A stretch of 64,000 nucleotides of DNA from Lachnospiraceae bacterium (GTDB taxonomy: Bacteria > Bacillota > Clostridia > Lachnospirales > Lachnospiraceae). The position numbers and the translations under genes were made by a program. The stretch covers positions 51,790 to 115,789 of the forward strand of contig JAZUGQ010000053.1 of assembly GCA_045641285.1 (NCBI GenBank), written 5' to 3'. Shown here piece after piece: positions 19,318 to 29,434 of this stretch (its first letter is position 1; each line of letters starts with the position of its first letter). A model generated the notes under the pieces. The model worked only from the letters and a program-made list of their open reading frames with translations. It did not search any database and had not been told where the DNA came from.

Positions 19318-20682
19318 ATGATCAGCAGAAGTGAAATCATGGAAACCAACCAGATGATCGAAAAGGAAAATCTGGATGTCCGTACGATTACGATGGGAAT
19401 CAGTTTGCTGGATTGCATTGATTCCGATTTGAAAACCGTATGCGAAAAAATACATAAGAAAATAACGGGACTTGCGAAAAATCTGGTCGAAACCGGAAAT
19501 GAAATCGGAAAAGAATACGGAATCCCCGTTGTCAATAAACGAATCAGTGTAACGCCGATTGCACTTGTCGGTGCGGCCGCATGTCATACACCCGAAGATT
19601 TTGTGACAATTGCGAAAGAACTGGACTCCATCGCCAAGGAAGTCGGAGTCAATTTTATCGGAGGATATTCCGCCATTGTTTCCAAGGGGATGACGTCGGC
19701 CGATGAGCTTCTGATGCGGTCCATTCCTCAGGCTCTTGCGGAAACGGAACGGGTTTGCAGCTCCGTCAACGTCGGCTCCACAAAAACCGGAATCAATATG
19801 GATGCGGTACGTCTGATGGGAACCATTATTTGCGAAACGGCAAACAGGACAAAAGACGAGGATTCCATCGGTTGTGCGAAGCTGGTTGTATTCTGCAATG
19901 CTCCGGATGACAATCCGTTTATGGCAGGTGCATTTCACGGAGTAACGGAAGCGGATGCGATTATCAATGTCGGAGTCAGCGGACCGGGCGTTGTCAAGAA
20001 AGCGTTGGAATCCGCAAGAGGAAAGGATTTCGAAATCCTCTGCGAGACGATTAAAAAGACCGCATTTAAGATTACAAGAGTCGGACAGCTGGTTGCCAAA
20101 CGGGCATCGGAAATGCTTCGGGTACCGTTTGGTATCGTGGATTTGTCATTGGCACCGACGCCGGCTGTCGGAGACAGTGTTGCCGAGATTTTGCAGGAAA
20201 TCGGCGTCGAATATCCCGGAGCACCGGGAACAACGGCGGCCCTTGCGTTGCTGAACGACCAGGTAAAAAAAGGCGGCGTTATGGCTTCCTCCTATGTCGG
20301 AGGCCTGAGCGGTGCGTTCATTCCGGTCAGCGAAGATCAGGGAATGATTGATGCGGTAAATGCGGGATGTCTTACATTGGAGAAACTGGAAGCAATGACC
20401 TGTGTATGTTCGGTCGGACTGGACATGATTGCAATCCCGGGAACAACGAAAGCATCGACGATTTCCGGTATCATTGCGGATGAAATGGCAATTGGCATGA
20501 TCAATCAGAAGACCACCGCGGTTCGTTTGATTCCCGTTATCGGGAAAACCGTCGGAGACAGTGTGGAATTCGGCGGACTTCTCGGGTATGCGCCGATTAT
20601 GCCGGTCAATACGTTCCGATGCGATGAATTTATCGCACGTACCGGTCGGATTCCGGCACCGATTCACAGCTTTAAGAATTAG
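19318..20682 (+). CDS. UPF0210/DUF711 family protein
   Basis: 454 aa. Family-typical N-terminus ([17 protein letters not shown]) and C-terminus ([12 protein letters not shown]). Confidence 0.85.
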   Translation: MISRSEIMETNQMIEKENLDVRTITMGISLLDCIDSDLKTVCEKIHKKITGLAKNLVETGNEIGKEYGIPVVNKRISVTPIALVGAAACHTPEDFVTIAKELDSIAKEVGVNFIGGYSAIVSKGMTSADELLMRSIPQALAETERVCSSVNVGSTKTGINMDAVRLMGTIICETANRTKDEDSIGCAKLVVFCNAPDDNPFMAGAFHGVTEADAIINVGVSGPGVVKKALESARGKDFEILCETIKKTAFKITRVGQLVAKRASEMLRVPFGIVDLSLAPTPAVGDSVAEILQEIGVEYPGAPGTTAALALLNDQVKKGGVMASSYVGGLSGAFIPVSEDQGMIDAVNAGCLTLEKLEAMTCVCSVGLDMIAIPGTTKASTISGIIADEMAIGMINQKTTAVRLIPVIGKTVGDSVEFGGLLGYAPIMPVNTFRCDEFIARTGRIPAPIHSFKN

Positions 20683-20687
20683 CATAT

Positions 20688-21758
20688 ATGGACGAAGAAG
20701 TATATGAGGATAGACCGAAAAAGAAGCGAAAACATCGGCTTCTGCGATTCTTTGCGAAGTTACTTCTCTTTCTGACTGCAATAGGAGTCATTATGTATTT
20801 CACGGGTTTGTGGAAACCGTTGGCTGCAAAAATCGGAGCCGATTATATTAAGCGAACGATGAAAACATTTTCGACGGAAGAATTTTCGCTGTCTGCAAAT
20901 CGTACGGTACCGGGCAGCATTCCGTCGGATTCGGTATTCAATCTGTTATTGGTCGGAATCGAAGGAATCGGGTCCGATTCGGAATATGGCGGACGTTCGG
21001 ATTCGATGATTTTGATTTCCTATGATAAAAATGCGGGGACACTTTCCCTGTGTTCCTTCTTACGGGATACGTATACGGAGATTCCGGGACATAATGCCGG
21101 GAAACTGAATGCGGCATATGCTTACGGCAATATGGGTCTGTTGACGGAAACACTGGAACATTTATATGCCGTTCGGATTGATGCGGTTGCCAGAGTCAAT
21201 TTTGAGGAATTTGAATCGGTGATTGATGCGCTCGGCGGAGTCGATGTGGAAATCAGCGAAGAAGAAGCGAAGTATCTCAATACCACCAATTACATTTCCG
21301 ACAAGGAGAATCGGACAATTTCGGCAGGCATAAATCATATGAACGGAAATCAGGCACTCGGATATTGTCGTGTACGAAAGGTAAAAACGCCGAACGGAGA
21401 GGAAACGGAACGGGATGATTACGGTCGGACGCTGCGTCAGAGAAAGGTCCTGTCAGCAATCATTAAGGCCTATCAGTCAGTCGGAAAACGAAAGCTGTTA
21501 AAGCTGTCATCAGAGATTCTGTCCATTATGACAACGAGTCTCACAAAAGAGCAGGTGGAAGCCTGCATCAATTCGTATTTGAAGAAAAAGGTTACAACAC
21601 TGAATTCCTATATGATTCCGGCAAAGGGATATTTTACGGAGGAAAAGAAGAACGGAGCAGCGGTTCTGGTACCCGATGTGGAAGCAAACCGTGCGATTTT
21701 AAATCATTTGCTGTATCATACGGAACTGCCGGAAGGAATTCAATACGGGGAGCAATAA
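20688..21758 (+). CDS. LCP (LytR-CpsA-Psr) family protein
   Basis: N-terminal TM segment. Motifs GRSDSMILISYD, RDTY, LNAAYAYG, GNQALGYCRVR. Confidence 0.86.
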   Translation: MDEEVYEDRPKKKRKHRLLRFFAKLLLFLTAIGVIMYFTGLWKPLAAKIGADYIKRTMKTFSTEEFSLSANRTVPGSIPSDSVFNLLLVGIEGIGSDSEYGGRSDSMILISYDKNAGTLSLCSFLRDTYTEIPGHNAGKLNAAYAYGNMGLLTETLEHLYAVRIDAVARVNFEEFESVIDALGGVDVEISEEEAKYLNTTNYISDKENRTISAGINHMNGNQALGYCRVRKVKTPNGEETERDDYGRTLRQRKVLSAIIKAYQSVGKRKLLKLSSEILSIMTTSLTKEQVEACINSYLKKKVTTLNSYMIPAKGYFTEEKKNGAAVLVPDVEANRAILNHLLYHTELPEGIQYGEQ

Positions 21759-21779
21759 TACGTTACATTCGGAGGAGTT

Positions 21780-22583
21780 ATGGAAATACAGTTATGGAGA
21801 GAAATTCTGGAACCGTATTCACTTGCGGTCGATGAATTGGTTGTAAAATTTACACACATTCAGAAATCATTGAGAAAACAGGATGATTATTGCCCGATTG
21901 AACTGATATCGGGGCGTGTGAAAACAATTGCAAGTATTGTGGAAAAATGCAGCAGGAAGAAGATTCCGCTTGACAAGCTGGAAGAACAAATGACCGATAT
22001 CGCGGGAATTCGTCTGATCTGTCAATTTGTGGAAGACTGCTATGTGGTGGCGGACATGATTCGCCGCAGAACGGATATGGAAGTGATTGAAGAAAGCGAT
22101 TACATTGCCAATCCGAAATCCAGCGGATATCGAAGCTATCATATCAAAATCAAATACACGGTTCAGCTGGCGGACGGACCGAAAACACTGTTTGCGGAAA
22201 TACAAATCCGGACTTTGGGCATGAACAGCTGGTCGGTAATCGAACATTCGCTGCAGTATAAGTACCGAAGCAATATTCCGGAGGAATTGAAGCTTCGCCT
22301 GAAACATGCGGCGGAAGATATGATTGCAACCGACCGGGAACTGTCGGAAATCCGGGATGAGATTAAGGCAGCCAGAGAACTTCGGTTTGAAGAAGAACGG
22401 ATTGTCAATGATATTCTGTTAACCATTCAGAATCTGTACAGATTTGCAAGCCGCCGGGAAGCCGAGCGGATTCAGGAAGAATTTTTCCGCATTTACGAAG
22501 AAAAAGATATTGAAAAATTAAAACATTTTGCGACGGAACTCGACATTATTGCCGAAGGATACCGTGCGCAGACGTTACAGTAA
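21780..22583 (+). CDS. small alarmone synthetase (GTP pyrophosphokinase, RelQ/RelP type)
   Basis: 267 aa. RelA/SpoT synthetase motifs GRVKTIASIVEK, DIAGIRLIC, SGYRSYH, EIQIRT. No hydrolase domain. Confidence 0.88.
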   Translation: MEIQLWREILEPYSLAVDELVVKFTHIQKSLRKQDDYCPIELISGRVKTIASIVEKCSRKKIPLDKLEEQMTDIAGIRLICQFVEDCYVVADMIRRRTDMEVIEESDYIANPKSSGYRSYHIKIKYTVQLADGPKTLFAEIQIRTLGMNSWSVIEHSLQYKYRSNIPEELKLRLKHAAEDMIATDRELSEIRDEIKAARELRFEEERIVNDILLTIQNLYRFASRREAERIQEEFFRIYEEKDIEKLKHFATELDIIAEGYRAQTLQ

Positions 22584-22593
22584 AGGACAGACT

Positions 22594-24006
22594 ATGAAAT
22601 TACCGGAAGCTTTTGAACAACGTATGATCGGCATGCTCGGAGAAGACGAATACAAGCGGTATCTCGAATGCTTTGAGAAAAAGACCAGTGCCGGATTGCG
22701 GGTCAACCGACTGAAATTAAATGCGGACCGTTTTAAGGATCTTTCCGGTTTTCATTTGAAACCGGTGCCCTGGATCGACAACGGGTTTTATTATGAATTT
22801 GACGATGCACCGTCCAAACATCCGTATTATTATGCCGGACTGTATTATCTGCAGGAACCGTCCGCGATGACACCGGCCAATCTGCTTCCGATTCGCGAAG
22901 GAGACTGCGTTCTGGATTTATGTGCCGCTCCGGGCGGAAAGAGTACGGAAATCGCGTCCAAACTGAACGGAACAGGAATTCTGGTCGCCAATGATATTTC
23001 CGCAACGAGAGCCAAGGCGCTTCTGAAGAATCTGGAAGTATTCGGAGCGAGAAACATTCTTGTGACAAGCGAGTCTTCCGAAACATTGGCAAAACGGTTC
23101 CCGACATTTTTCGACAAGATTCTCGTCGATGCTCCGTGCTCCGGCGAGGGAATGTTCCGAAAGCAGCCGGAAATCATGAAAAACTGGGAGCAATACGGAA
23201 CTCAATATTACAATAATCTTCAAAAGGAAATACTGCCGCAGGCAATCGCAATGCTGAAGCCGGGAGGATTTCTGTTATATTCCACCTGTACGTTTGCACC
23301 GCTTGAGGATGAAGAAACGATTCAATATGTGCTCGAACAGTTCCCGGAAATGGAACTGGCATCGGTAATCCCCGAGGACAAAAAAGCCGACTATGAATCG
23401 TACGGATTTATGACCGGGCGACCGGACTGGATGCAGCGGCCGTTACCGGAAGTAACCAAGTGCGCAAGATTATTTCCGCATAAACTGGAAGGAGAAGGTC
23501 ATTTTGTTGCGCTTTTGCGGAAAAAGGATGACGCAATCCGAAATGCGGTGCCGTTATTTACCGCATTTGTCAATCCGGCCAAATTACCGACGGAGCTTCG
23601 GGAGTTTATTGACAGTCTCCGACAGAGCCGCGGCATGAAAATATCCGAAAAACGGATTATGATCAATGAGGAACGGGTGTATGCCATCCCGGAGAATATG
23701 CCGGATATCAAAGGAATCCGGGTTCTTCGTTCCGGCTGGTATCTCGGCGATGCCAAAAAAGGCCGGTTTGAGCCGAGTCAGGCATGTGCGATGGGACTGT
23801 ATGCGGAGGAGTATCCGAAGGTCTATAATCTGGATGTCAACAGCCCGGATGTCATACGGTATCTGAAATGCGAAACGCTGGAAGTACCGGAATCGGTTCC
23901 GGACGGACAGGTTCTGATTTGCGCCGACGGATTTCCGCTCGGATTTGCAAAAATCAAGGGAAGTTCGTTTAAGAATCGTTATTTACCCGGATGGAGAATG
24001 ATGTAA
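22594..24006 (+). CDS. RsmB/RsmF (NOP2/Sun) family rRNA cytosine-C5 methyltransferase
   Basis: SAM motif DLCAAPGGKS. Catalytic motifs PCSGEGMFRK and YSTCT. The ATG at 22594 was chosen; the ORF-track start overlaps the previous gene. Confidence 0.88.
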   Translation: MKLPEAFEQRMIGMLGEDEYKRYLECFEKKTSAGLRVNRLKLNADRFKDLSGFHLKPVPWIDNGFYYEFDDAPSKHPYYYAGLYYLQEPSAMTPANLLPIREGDCVLDLCAAPGGKSTEIASKLNGTGILVANDISATRAKALLKNLEVFGARNILVTSESSETLAKRFPTFFDKILVDAPCSGEGMFRKQPEIMKNWEQYGTQYYNNLQKEILPQAIAMLKPGGFLLYSTCTFAPLEDEETIQYVLEQFPEMELASVIPEDKKADYESYGFMTGRPDWMQRPLPEVTKCARLFPHKLEGEGHFVALLRKKDDAIRNAVPLFTAFVNPAKLPTELREFIDSLRQSRGMKISEKRIMINEERVYAIPENMPDIKGIRVLRSGWYLGDAKKGRFEPSQACAMGLYAEEYPKVYNLDVNSPDVIRYLKCETLEVPESVPDGQVLICADGFPLGFAKIKGSSFKNRYLPGWRMM

Positions 24007-24007
24007 A

Positions 24008-24766
24008 ATGATATTTCGACTGGACCGAATGCTGACCGAATGCAATCCGGCACTCAGCAGAAAAGAAGCCAAAAACATTTTGAAATATGAAGCGGTAACG
24101 GTAAACGGTGTGATTTGTCGGGATCCCGACAGAAAAATCGATACCGAAACCGACGTTGTGGAACGGAACGGGAAACCGGTTCGGTATATTCAAAACCGGT
24201 ATTTCCTGTTACATAAACCGGCCGGCGTGCTGTCTGCTGCCAATGATAAAAAACAGAAAACGGTTGTCGGTCTGATTCCGGACATCGCAGGAGCGGATTA
24301 TTATCCGGTCGGACGGTTGGACAAAGATACCGAAGGGCTTCTTCTGATTACCAATGACGGAGATTTGACGCATAACCTGCTGTCTCCGAAAAAGCATGTG
24401 GAGAAGAGTTATCTGGCCGTCTGCAGCGGTATTATTTCAGACGACGCATGCGAACCGTTACGACACGGAGTGGATCTCGGCGATTTTGTTTCCGCTCCGG
24501 CAAAGGTTTGTGTCGTTCGGCACAATTCCGACACAACCGTTTTGGGAATTACGATAACGGAAGGAAAATTTCATCAGGTCAAACGAATGACGGAAGCAAT
24601 CGGAAGCACCGTGCTACAGCTGAAACGACTGCGAATGGGTGGCCTGTGTCTTCCGAAAGATCTGGCGCCGGGGGAATACCGGGAACTGCAAAAGGACATT
24701 CTGCTGCAGATGCTGAAAGAGGAATTTACGCAAAATGAAGAACAATTTTACGGCAGCTATCTTTGA
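24008..24766 (+). CDS. pseudouridine synthase, RsuA/RluB family (S4 domain plus catalytic domain)
   Basis: S4-like N-terminus. Catalytic motif GRLDKDTEGLLLITNDG. Confidence 0.88.
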   Translation: MIFRLDRMLTECNPALSRKEAKNILKYEAVTVNGVICRDPDRKIDTETDVVERNGKPVRYIQNRYFLLHKPAGVLSAANDKKQKTVVGLIPDIAGADYYPVGRLDKDTEGLLLITNDGDLTHNLLSPKKHVEKSYLAVCSGIISDDACEPLRHGVDLGDFVSAPAKVCVVRHNSDTTVLGITITEGKFHQVKRMTEAIGSTVLQLKRLRMGGLCLPKDLAPGEYRELQKDILLQMLKEEFTQNEEQFYGSYL

Positions 24767-25379
24767 TATGGACGGAACGCTGGTCGATTCCATGTGGATG
24801 TGGAAATCCATCGATATCGAATATCTGGCATCCTTCGGAATTCCGTTTCCCGACGACCTGCAGACAGAAATCGGCGGAATGAGCTTAAAAGAAACGGCAG
24901 TGTATTTTCAAAACCGGTTTCATATCCGGAAAACCGTCGAAGAAATGCAAAATGAGTGGAATGCGATGGCGATGGAATACTATACGACCAAGGTGTTCGC
25001 AAAGCCGGGAGCCATCGAATATCTGAAACAACTGAAAGAAAAAGGAATCAAGACAGGAATCGCGACATCCAATTCGAGAGAACTGCTGGATGCCGCACTG
25101 ACGGCGACCGGAATCGGCCGATATATGGACAGTATTCATACCGCATGCGAAATAACCCGCGGAAAACCGGCACCGGACATTTATCTGCTGGTGGCCGAAG
25201 AACTGGGAGAAGCGCCGGAAAACTGTATTGTATTCGAAGATATTATCCCGGGAATCATGGCCGGGCACAACGCCGGAATGTATGTCTGCTCGGTGGACGA
25301 TGAGAACTCCCGGAACGACCGGGACCGAATCATTGCGGCTTCGGACTGGCACATACATGATTTTACGGAATTGTTGTAA
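24735..25379 (+). CDS. HAD-superfamily hydrolase (beta-phosphoglucomutase-like subfamily IA)
   Basis: DMDGTLVDS motif I. TSN motif II. KPAPDIY and FEDIIPG motifs. Confidence 0.85.
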   Translation: MKNNFTAAIFDMDGTLVDSMWMWKSIDIEYLASFGIPFPDDLQTEIGGMSLKETAVYFQNRFHIRKTVEEMQNEWNAMAMEYYTTKVFAKPGAIEYLKQLKEKGIKTGIATSNSRELLDAALTATGIGRYMDSIHTACEITRGKPAPDIYLLVAEELGEAPENCIVFEDIIPGIMAGHNAGMYVCSVDDENSRNDRDRIIAASDWHIHDFTELL

Positions 25380-25389
25380 AGGGGAACGT

Positions 25390-25944
25390 ATGAAGAAAAA
25401 AATCAAAGGCACAAACGGATATATCCGATATCGGAAAACGATACAGAGTATCTATACGGCAGCCATTTTGCTGCTCTCGGTCGGCTTGTTCCTGGCCGGA
25501 TATCTGACCACCCATACCACGAAGAACATCCTGACGGTAATTTCCGTTTTGGGGGCTTTGCCCGCAGCAAAATCACTGACCAATCTGATTCTGTTTCTTC
25601 CGTACCGGTCCTTTTCGAATACAACATATCAGACGATTTTGGAACATGCCGGGGATTCGATGAGTGTCTATTCCGATTTGGTATTTACATCGACCAAAAC
25701 AGTCATGCATTTGGATGCGCTGGCAGTCAGCGGCAACGAATTGATCGGATACGCGGAAAAGGATGCGAAGACCGAAGACATCGTGCATTATTTTACCGAC
25801 ACCATGAAAAAACAGGGCGTTTCGGTTCATATGCATGTATTTCATTCGGTATCGGAAATGACGGCACGACTTGACGTATTTCATGATAAGGACGAAACAC
25901 CGCTTGCGGAAATCAGCGAATTTATCAACACAATTCTGGTATAG
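25390..25944 (+). CDS. hypothetical membrane protein (two predicted TM segments plus soluble C-terminal domain)
   Basis: ATG preceded by GGGGAA. Hydrophobic segments AAILLLSVGLFLAGYL and ILTVISVLGALPAA. No recognisable family. Confidence 0.55.
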   Translation: MKKKIKGTNGYIRYRKTIQSIYTAAILLLSVGLFLAGYLTTHTTKNILTVISVLGALPAAKSLTNLILFLPYRSFSNTTYQTILEHAGDSMSVYSDLVFTSTKTVMHLDALAVSGNELIGYAEKDAKTEDIVHYFTDTMKKQGVSVHMHVFHSVSEMTARLDVFHDKDETPLAEISEFINTILV

Positions 25945-25953
25945 GACGAGAGT

Positions 25954-27036
25954 ATGAAAGAATTTATCGTAACCAAACAGGATGCCGGACAACGCTGTAC
26001 CAAATACCTGCTTCGACTGATGCCGAACGCCGGTACCGGATTTCTGTACAAAATGCTGCGCAAGAAAAATATCACGCTGAATCATAAACGGGCCGAGGGA
26101 AATGAAATTCTGAAGGCCGATGATATCATCACCGTATTCTTTTCGGACGAAACGTTTCGGACGATGAGCGGACAAACGGAGGCGGCACAGACCGAAGAGG
26201 TTCCCGTTTTTGCCAAACATCCGGTGCCGGAAGAGAATATTGTTTATGAAGACGATAATTTTCTGGTCATTTATAAGCCGTCGGGAATCCTCTCGCAAAC
26301 CGACAGTTCCGGTGATGAAGCATTAAACGAACAGGCGCTGCAATATCTTGCAAACCGTGCGGATGTAACGGCGGAATCCCTTCGCAAATACAAACCGGGA
26401 ATATGCAACCGTCTTGACCGAAACACGGCCGGAATCGTTTTCTTTGCGAAAACGCTGCAGGGGTCCCGTGGAATGGCTCAGGCATTGCGGGAACGACTGT
26501 TTGAGAAGTATTATTTTGCATATGTAATCGGAAAACCGAAGCGAAGTTACGATGTCAAAGTGTATTTAAGCAAAAACGAAGAAACCAATACGGTTACGAT
26601 ATCCAGAGAGGCCGTCGGAACCGATTGCATGCCGGTACATACCGGAATCGAACCGGTTGTTTCCAACGACCGGATTACGCTTGTCCGAATCCGACTGTAT
26701 ACGGGAAAATCCCATCAGATCCGAAGCGTATTGCAGTATATCGGGTTTCCGGTGCTGGGCGATCCGAAATATCATTCGGATGACAGACAGGTAACCGGAT
26801 ATTATCAAAGTCATTATCATATTCACGGTCAGCAGTTGTTTGCCTATGCTTACCGATTCCCGGATCAGGTGCCGGAGGGACTGGAGGAACTGGCCGGAGA
26901 AACCATTACGGGGCTGGTACCGGACTGCTTTTCGGATATTCTGAACAATGAGTTCGAACCGAGCAAAAAAGGAGACTGTTATGGCTACTTGGAAATCCCG
27001 GGGCCTTCGGGGATCCCTTCTGGAGGAAATCATTAA
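25954..27036 (+). CDS. RluA-family pseudouridine synthase (RluD-like, with S4-like N-terminus)
   Basis: Catalytic motif NRLDRNTAGIVFFAK, and GKSHQIR. The 3' end overlaps the recU start by 56 nt. Confidence 0.88.
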   Translation: MKEFIVTKQDAGQRCTKYLLRLMPNAGTGFLYKMLRKKNITLNHKRAEGNEILKADDIITVFFSDETFRTMSGQTEAAQTEEVPVFAKHPVPEENIVYEDDNFLVIYKPSGILSQTDSSGDEALNEQALQYLANRADVTAESLRKYKPGICNRLDRNTAGIVFFAKTLQGSRGMAQALRERLFEKYYFAYVIGKPKRSYDVKVYLSKNEETNTVTISREAVGTDCMPVHTGIEPVVSNDRITLVRIRLYTGKSHQIRSVLQYIGFPVLGDPKYHSDDRQVTGYYQSHYHIHGQQLFAYAYRFPDQVPEGLEELAGETITGLVPDCFSDILNNEFEPSKKGDCYGYLEIPGPSGIPSGGNH

Positions 27037-27526
27037 CCGAACCAACGAACATTATCGGGAAAGCGGAATTGCACTGGTTCAGAAAATTCCGACACCGATT
27101 ACACCGATTGAAATCGACAGCGCAAACCGGCATATTACCCTTGCTTATTTCGATCAGAAAAGTACGGTTGACTATGTCGGGCTGGCACAGGGCGTGCCGC
27201 TTTGTTTTGACTGTAAGGAATGCGCGCAAAGCACATTTGCACTGCAAAACGTTCATGACCATCAGATCCTGTTTATGAGGGATTTTGTCGGAAACGGAGG
27301 AGTTGCGTTCCTTCTGATTTACTACAGCGAGAAAGATTCCGTATATTTTATGCCGTATGAGGAACTGAACGGGTTTTATGAGCGGTCCCAAGACGGTGCC
27401 GGCGCACGGAAAAGCATACGGTATGACGAACTGAATCCGCAGTTTTTGTATCCGATGCCGCAGGAACCGTATCTGAATTATTTGGAATTTGTAAATGATT
27501 ATCTCGATTCGAAAGAAAATGCTTGA
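26981..27526 (+). CDS. recU: Holliday junction resolvase RecU
   Basis: AAGGAG RBS before the ATG at 26981. RGLRGSLLEEIINRTNEHY...VQKIPTPITPI aligns by eye with the B. subtilis RecU core. Confidence 0.88.
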   Translation: MATWKSRGLRGSLLEEIINRTNEHYRESGIALVQKIPTPITPIEIDSANRHITLAYFDQKSTVDYVGLAQGVPLCFDCKECAQSTFALQNVHDHQILFMRDFVGNGGVAFLLIYYSEKDSVYFMPYEELNGFYERSQDGAGARKSIRYDELNPQFLYPMPQEPYLNYLEFVNDYLDSKENA

Positions 27527-27551
27527 CATTTGATGTTGCGGTCTGTATAAT
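27523..27551 (+). promoter_or_regulatory. consensus sigma-A promoter of the his operon
   Basis: TTGACA (27523-27528), exactly 17 nt, TATAAT (27546-27551). Confidence 0.65.
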
Positions 27552-27562
27552 TCGTATCATTA

Positions 27563-27586
27563 TGCTAATATGTTAGCATGTTAGCA
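27563..27586 (+). promoter_or_regulatory. his leader element: one 5' arm (TGCTAA) with two alternative 3' arms, i.e. direct repeat ATGTTAGCA x2
   Basis: tgctaa (27563-27568) can pair with ttagca at 27573-27578 or at 27581-27586. Could be an operator or a small alternative hairpin. Confidence 0.3.
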
Positions 27587-27618
27587 CTTTACCACAATAA
27601 AGCAAATAAGGAGAACCT

Positions 27619-28800
27619 ATGATTCCGTTATTACATACGCCGGAAGGTGTCAGAGACATCTACGGAAACGAAAAAATTGAAATGAACATGATTACGGAGC
27701 AGATCGTATCCTGTATGAAGACCTACGGATATGAAGAAATTCAGACTCCGTCGTTTGAATATTTTGATGTCTTTTCCAGCGAACGGGGAACCGTACCGTC
27801 GAAGGATATTTATAAATTCATTGACCGGGACGGCAACACACTGGTCCTTCGGCCGGATATGACACCGTCCATTGCACGGTGTGCGGCAACGTATTTCAAG
27901 CAGAACGCGGCACCGGTTCGTTTGTGCTATCAGGGCAACACCTTTATTAACAATTCCGGATATCAGCTTCGTCTCAAGGAAACCACACAGGCCGGAGCCG
28001 AACTGTTCGGAGATGATTCGGTATTGGCAGATGCCGATATGATTGCAATGACGGTCGAATGCCTGAAAAAAGCCGGATTACGGGAGTTTCAGGTAGAGGT
28101 CGGAGACGCCGGCATTTTCCGTGCTATTGCAAATGAATGCAAACTGACGGAAGAGGAAGAAGAGGAACTCCGCATTCGGATCAAGAACAAAAACCTGTTC
28201 GGCATTTCCGATATGCTCAAAAACAAAGAGATTGATGAAAATGCGCGGGAACTGCTGCTGACATTGCCGGAACTGTTCGGCAGTGAAGAGGTGTTGGATC
28301 GTGCCAAGTCCCTGACGGACAACGAAAAGGCATGTGTGGCAATTGACCGTTTAAAGAAAATGTATTGCTATCTGAAGGAATTCGGAGTCGAGAAATATGT
28401 TTCCTTCGACCTCGGAATGCTTAGCAAATATCGTTATTATACGGGAATCATTTTCCGTGCCATTACATACGGAACCGGCGAAGCCATTGCTTCGGGCGGC
28501 CGGTATGATACGCTGGTGGAACAGTTCGGCGAACATATGGCTGCAATCGGAATGTCCGTCATTATCGATAATCTGATGTTGGCACTGGAACGTCAGAATC
28601 TGCTTCCGCATCATGAACAGAGCAAAATGCTCGTCGTGTATAAGGAGGAAGCTGCCGACAACGCAATCGCATTTGCCAAACAGAAACGTGCGGAAGGCAA
28701 TGCCGTATCGCTGATGGCGATGCCGGATGACTGGAGTAAAGAAGACGAAATCAAATTGTCGGAACAGGAAGAGGTAATCATATGGAATATATTACAGTAG
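27619..28800 (+). CDS. hisZ: ATP phosphoribosyltransferase regulatory subunit HisZ
   Basis: 393 aa, HisRS-like without an anticodon-binding domain. Precedes a short-form hisG. Confidence 0.9.
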   Translation: MIPLLHTPEGVRDIYGNEKIEMNMITEQIVSCMKTYGYEEIQTPSFEYFDVFSSERGTVPSKDIYKFIDRDGNTLVLRPDMTPSIARCAATYFKQNAAPVRLCYQGNTFINNSGYQLRLKETTQAGAELFGDDSVLADADMIAMTVECLKKAGLREFQVEVGDAGIFRAIANECKLTEEEEEELRIRIKNKNLFGISDMLKNKEIDENARELLLTLPELFGSEEVLDRAKSLTDNEKACVAIDRLKKMYCYLKEFGVEKYVSFDLGMLSKYRYYTGIIFRAITYGTGEAIASGGRYDTLVEQFGEHMAAIGMSVIIDNLMLALERQNLLPHHEQSKMLVVYKEEAADNAIAFAKQKRAEGNAVSLMAMPDDWSKEDEIKLSEQEEVIIWNILQ

Positions 28801-29420
28801 CATTGGCAAAGGGTCGTCTTGCCAAAAAAGCAATGGAGATACTCGGCAAAGCGGGAATTCATTGCGGGGAAATGAACGACCCCGACACGAGAAAACTGAT
28901 TTTTACAAATGAAGAACTGAAGATGAAATTTTTCCTTGCTAAAGCCGGTGATGTTCCGACCTATGTCGAATACGGTGCAGCCGATATCGGAATTGTCGGA
29001 AAAGACACCATTTTGGAGGAAAACAAGAAACTGTACGAAGTCATTGATTTCGGTATCGGAAAATGCCGTATGTGCGTTGCGGGGCCGGCCGGAGCAAGAG
29101 AATTGCTCGGCAGCGGAAGACGAATCCGGGTTGCAACGAAATATCCGAATATTGCAAAGGATTATTTTACAAACGTAAAGCATCAGACCGTGGAAATCAT
29201 TAAGCTGAGCGGTTCCATTGAACTTGCTCCGATTGTCGGATTGAGTGAAGTCATCGTTGATATCGTGGAAACCGGTTCGACACTTCGCGAAAACGGGTTG
29301 GAAGTACTCGAAGAAGTGGTTCCGTTGTCTGCAAGAATGGTTGTCAATCAGGTCAGCATGAAGATGGAGCAGGAACGGATTCAGAAAATCATCAGTGATT
29401 TACGGAATATCATTGAGTAA
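28782..29420 (+). CDS. hisG: ATP phosphoribosyltransferase, short form
   Basis: 212 aa. Motifs LAKGRL, DVPTYVEYGAADIGIVGKD, DIVETGSTLRENGL. Confidence 0.92.
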   Translation: MEYITVALAKGRLAKKAMEILGKAGIHCGEMNDPDTRKLIFTNEELKMKFFLAKAGDVPTYVEYGAADIGIVGKDTILEENKKLYEVIDFGIGKCRMCVAGPAGARELLGSGRRIRVATKYPNIAKDYFTNVKHQTVEIIKLSGSIELAPIVGLSEVIVDIVETGSTLRENGLEVLEEVVPLSARMVVNQVSMKMEQERIQKIISDLRNIIE

Positions 29421-29434
29421 CGGAGGAATACGAA

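Noticed and set aside
27552-27618. T-box or attenuator leader upstream of hisZ
   Set aside because: The leader is only ~60 nt. It has no specifier/T-box sequence, terminator-antiterminator pair or His-rich leader peptide.
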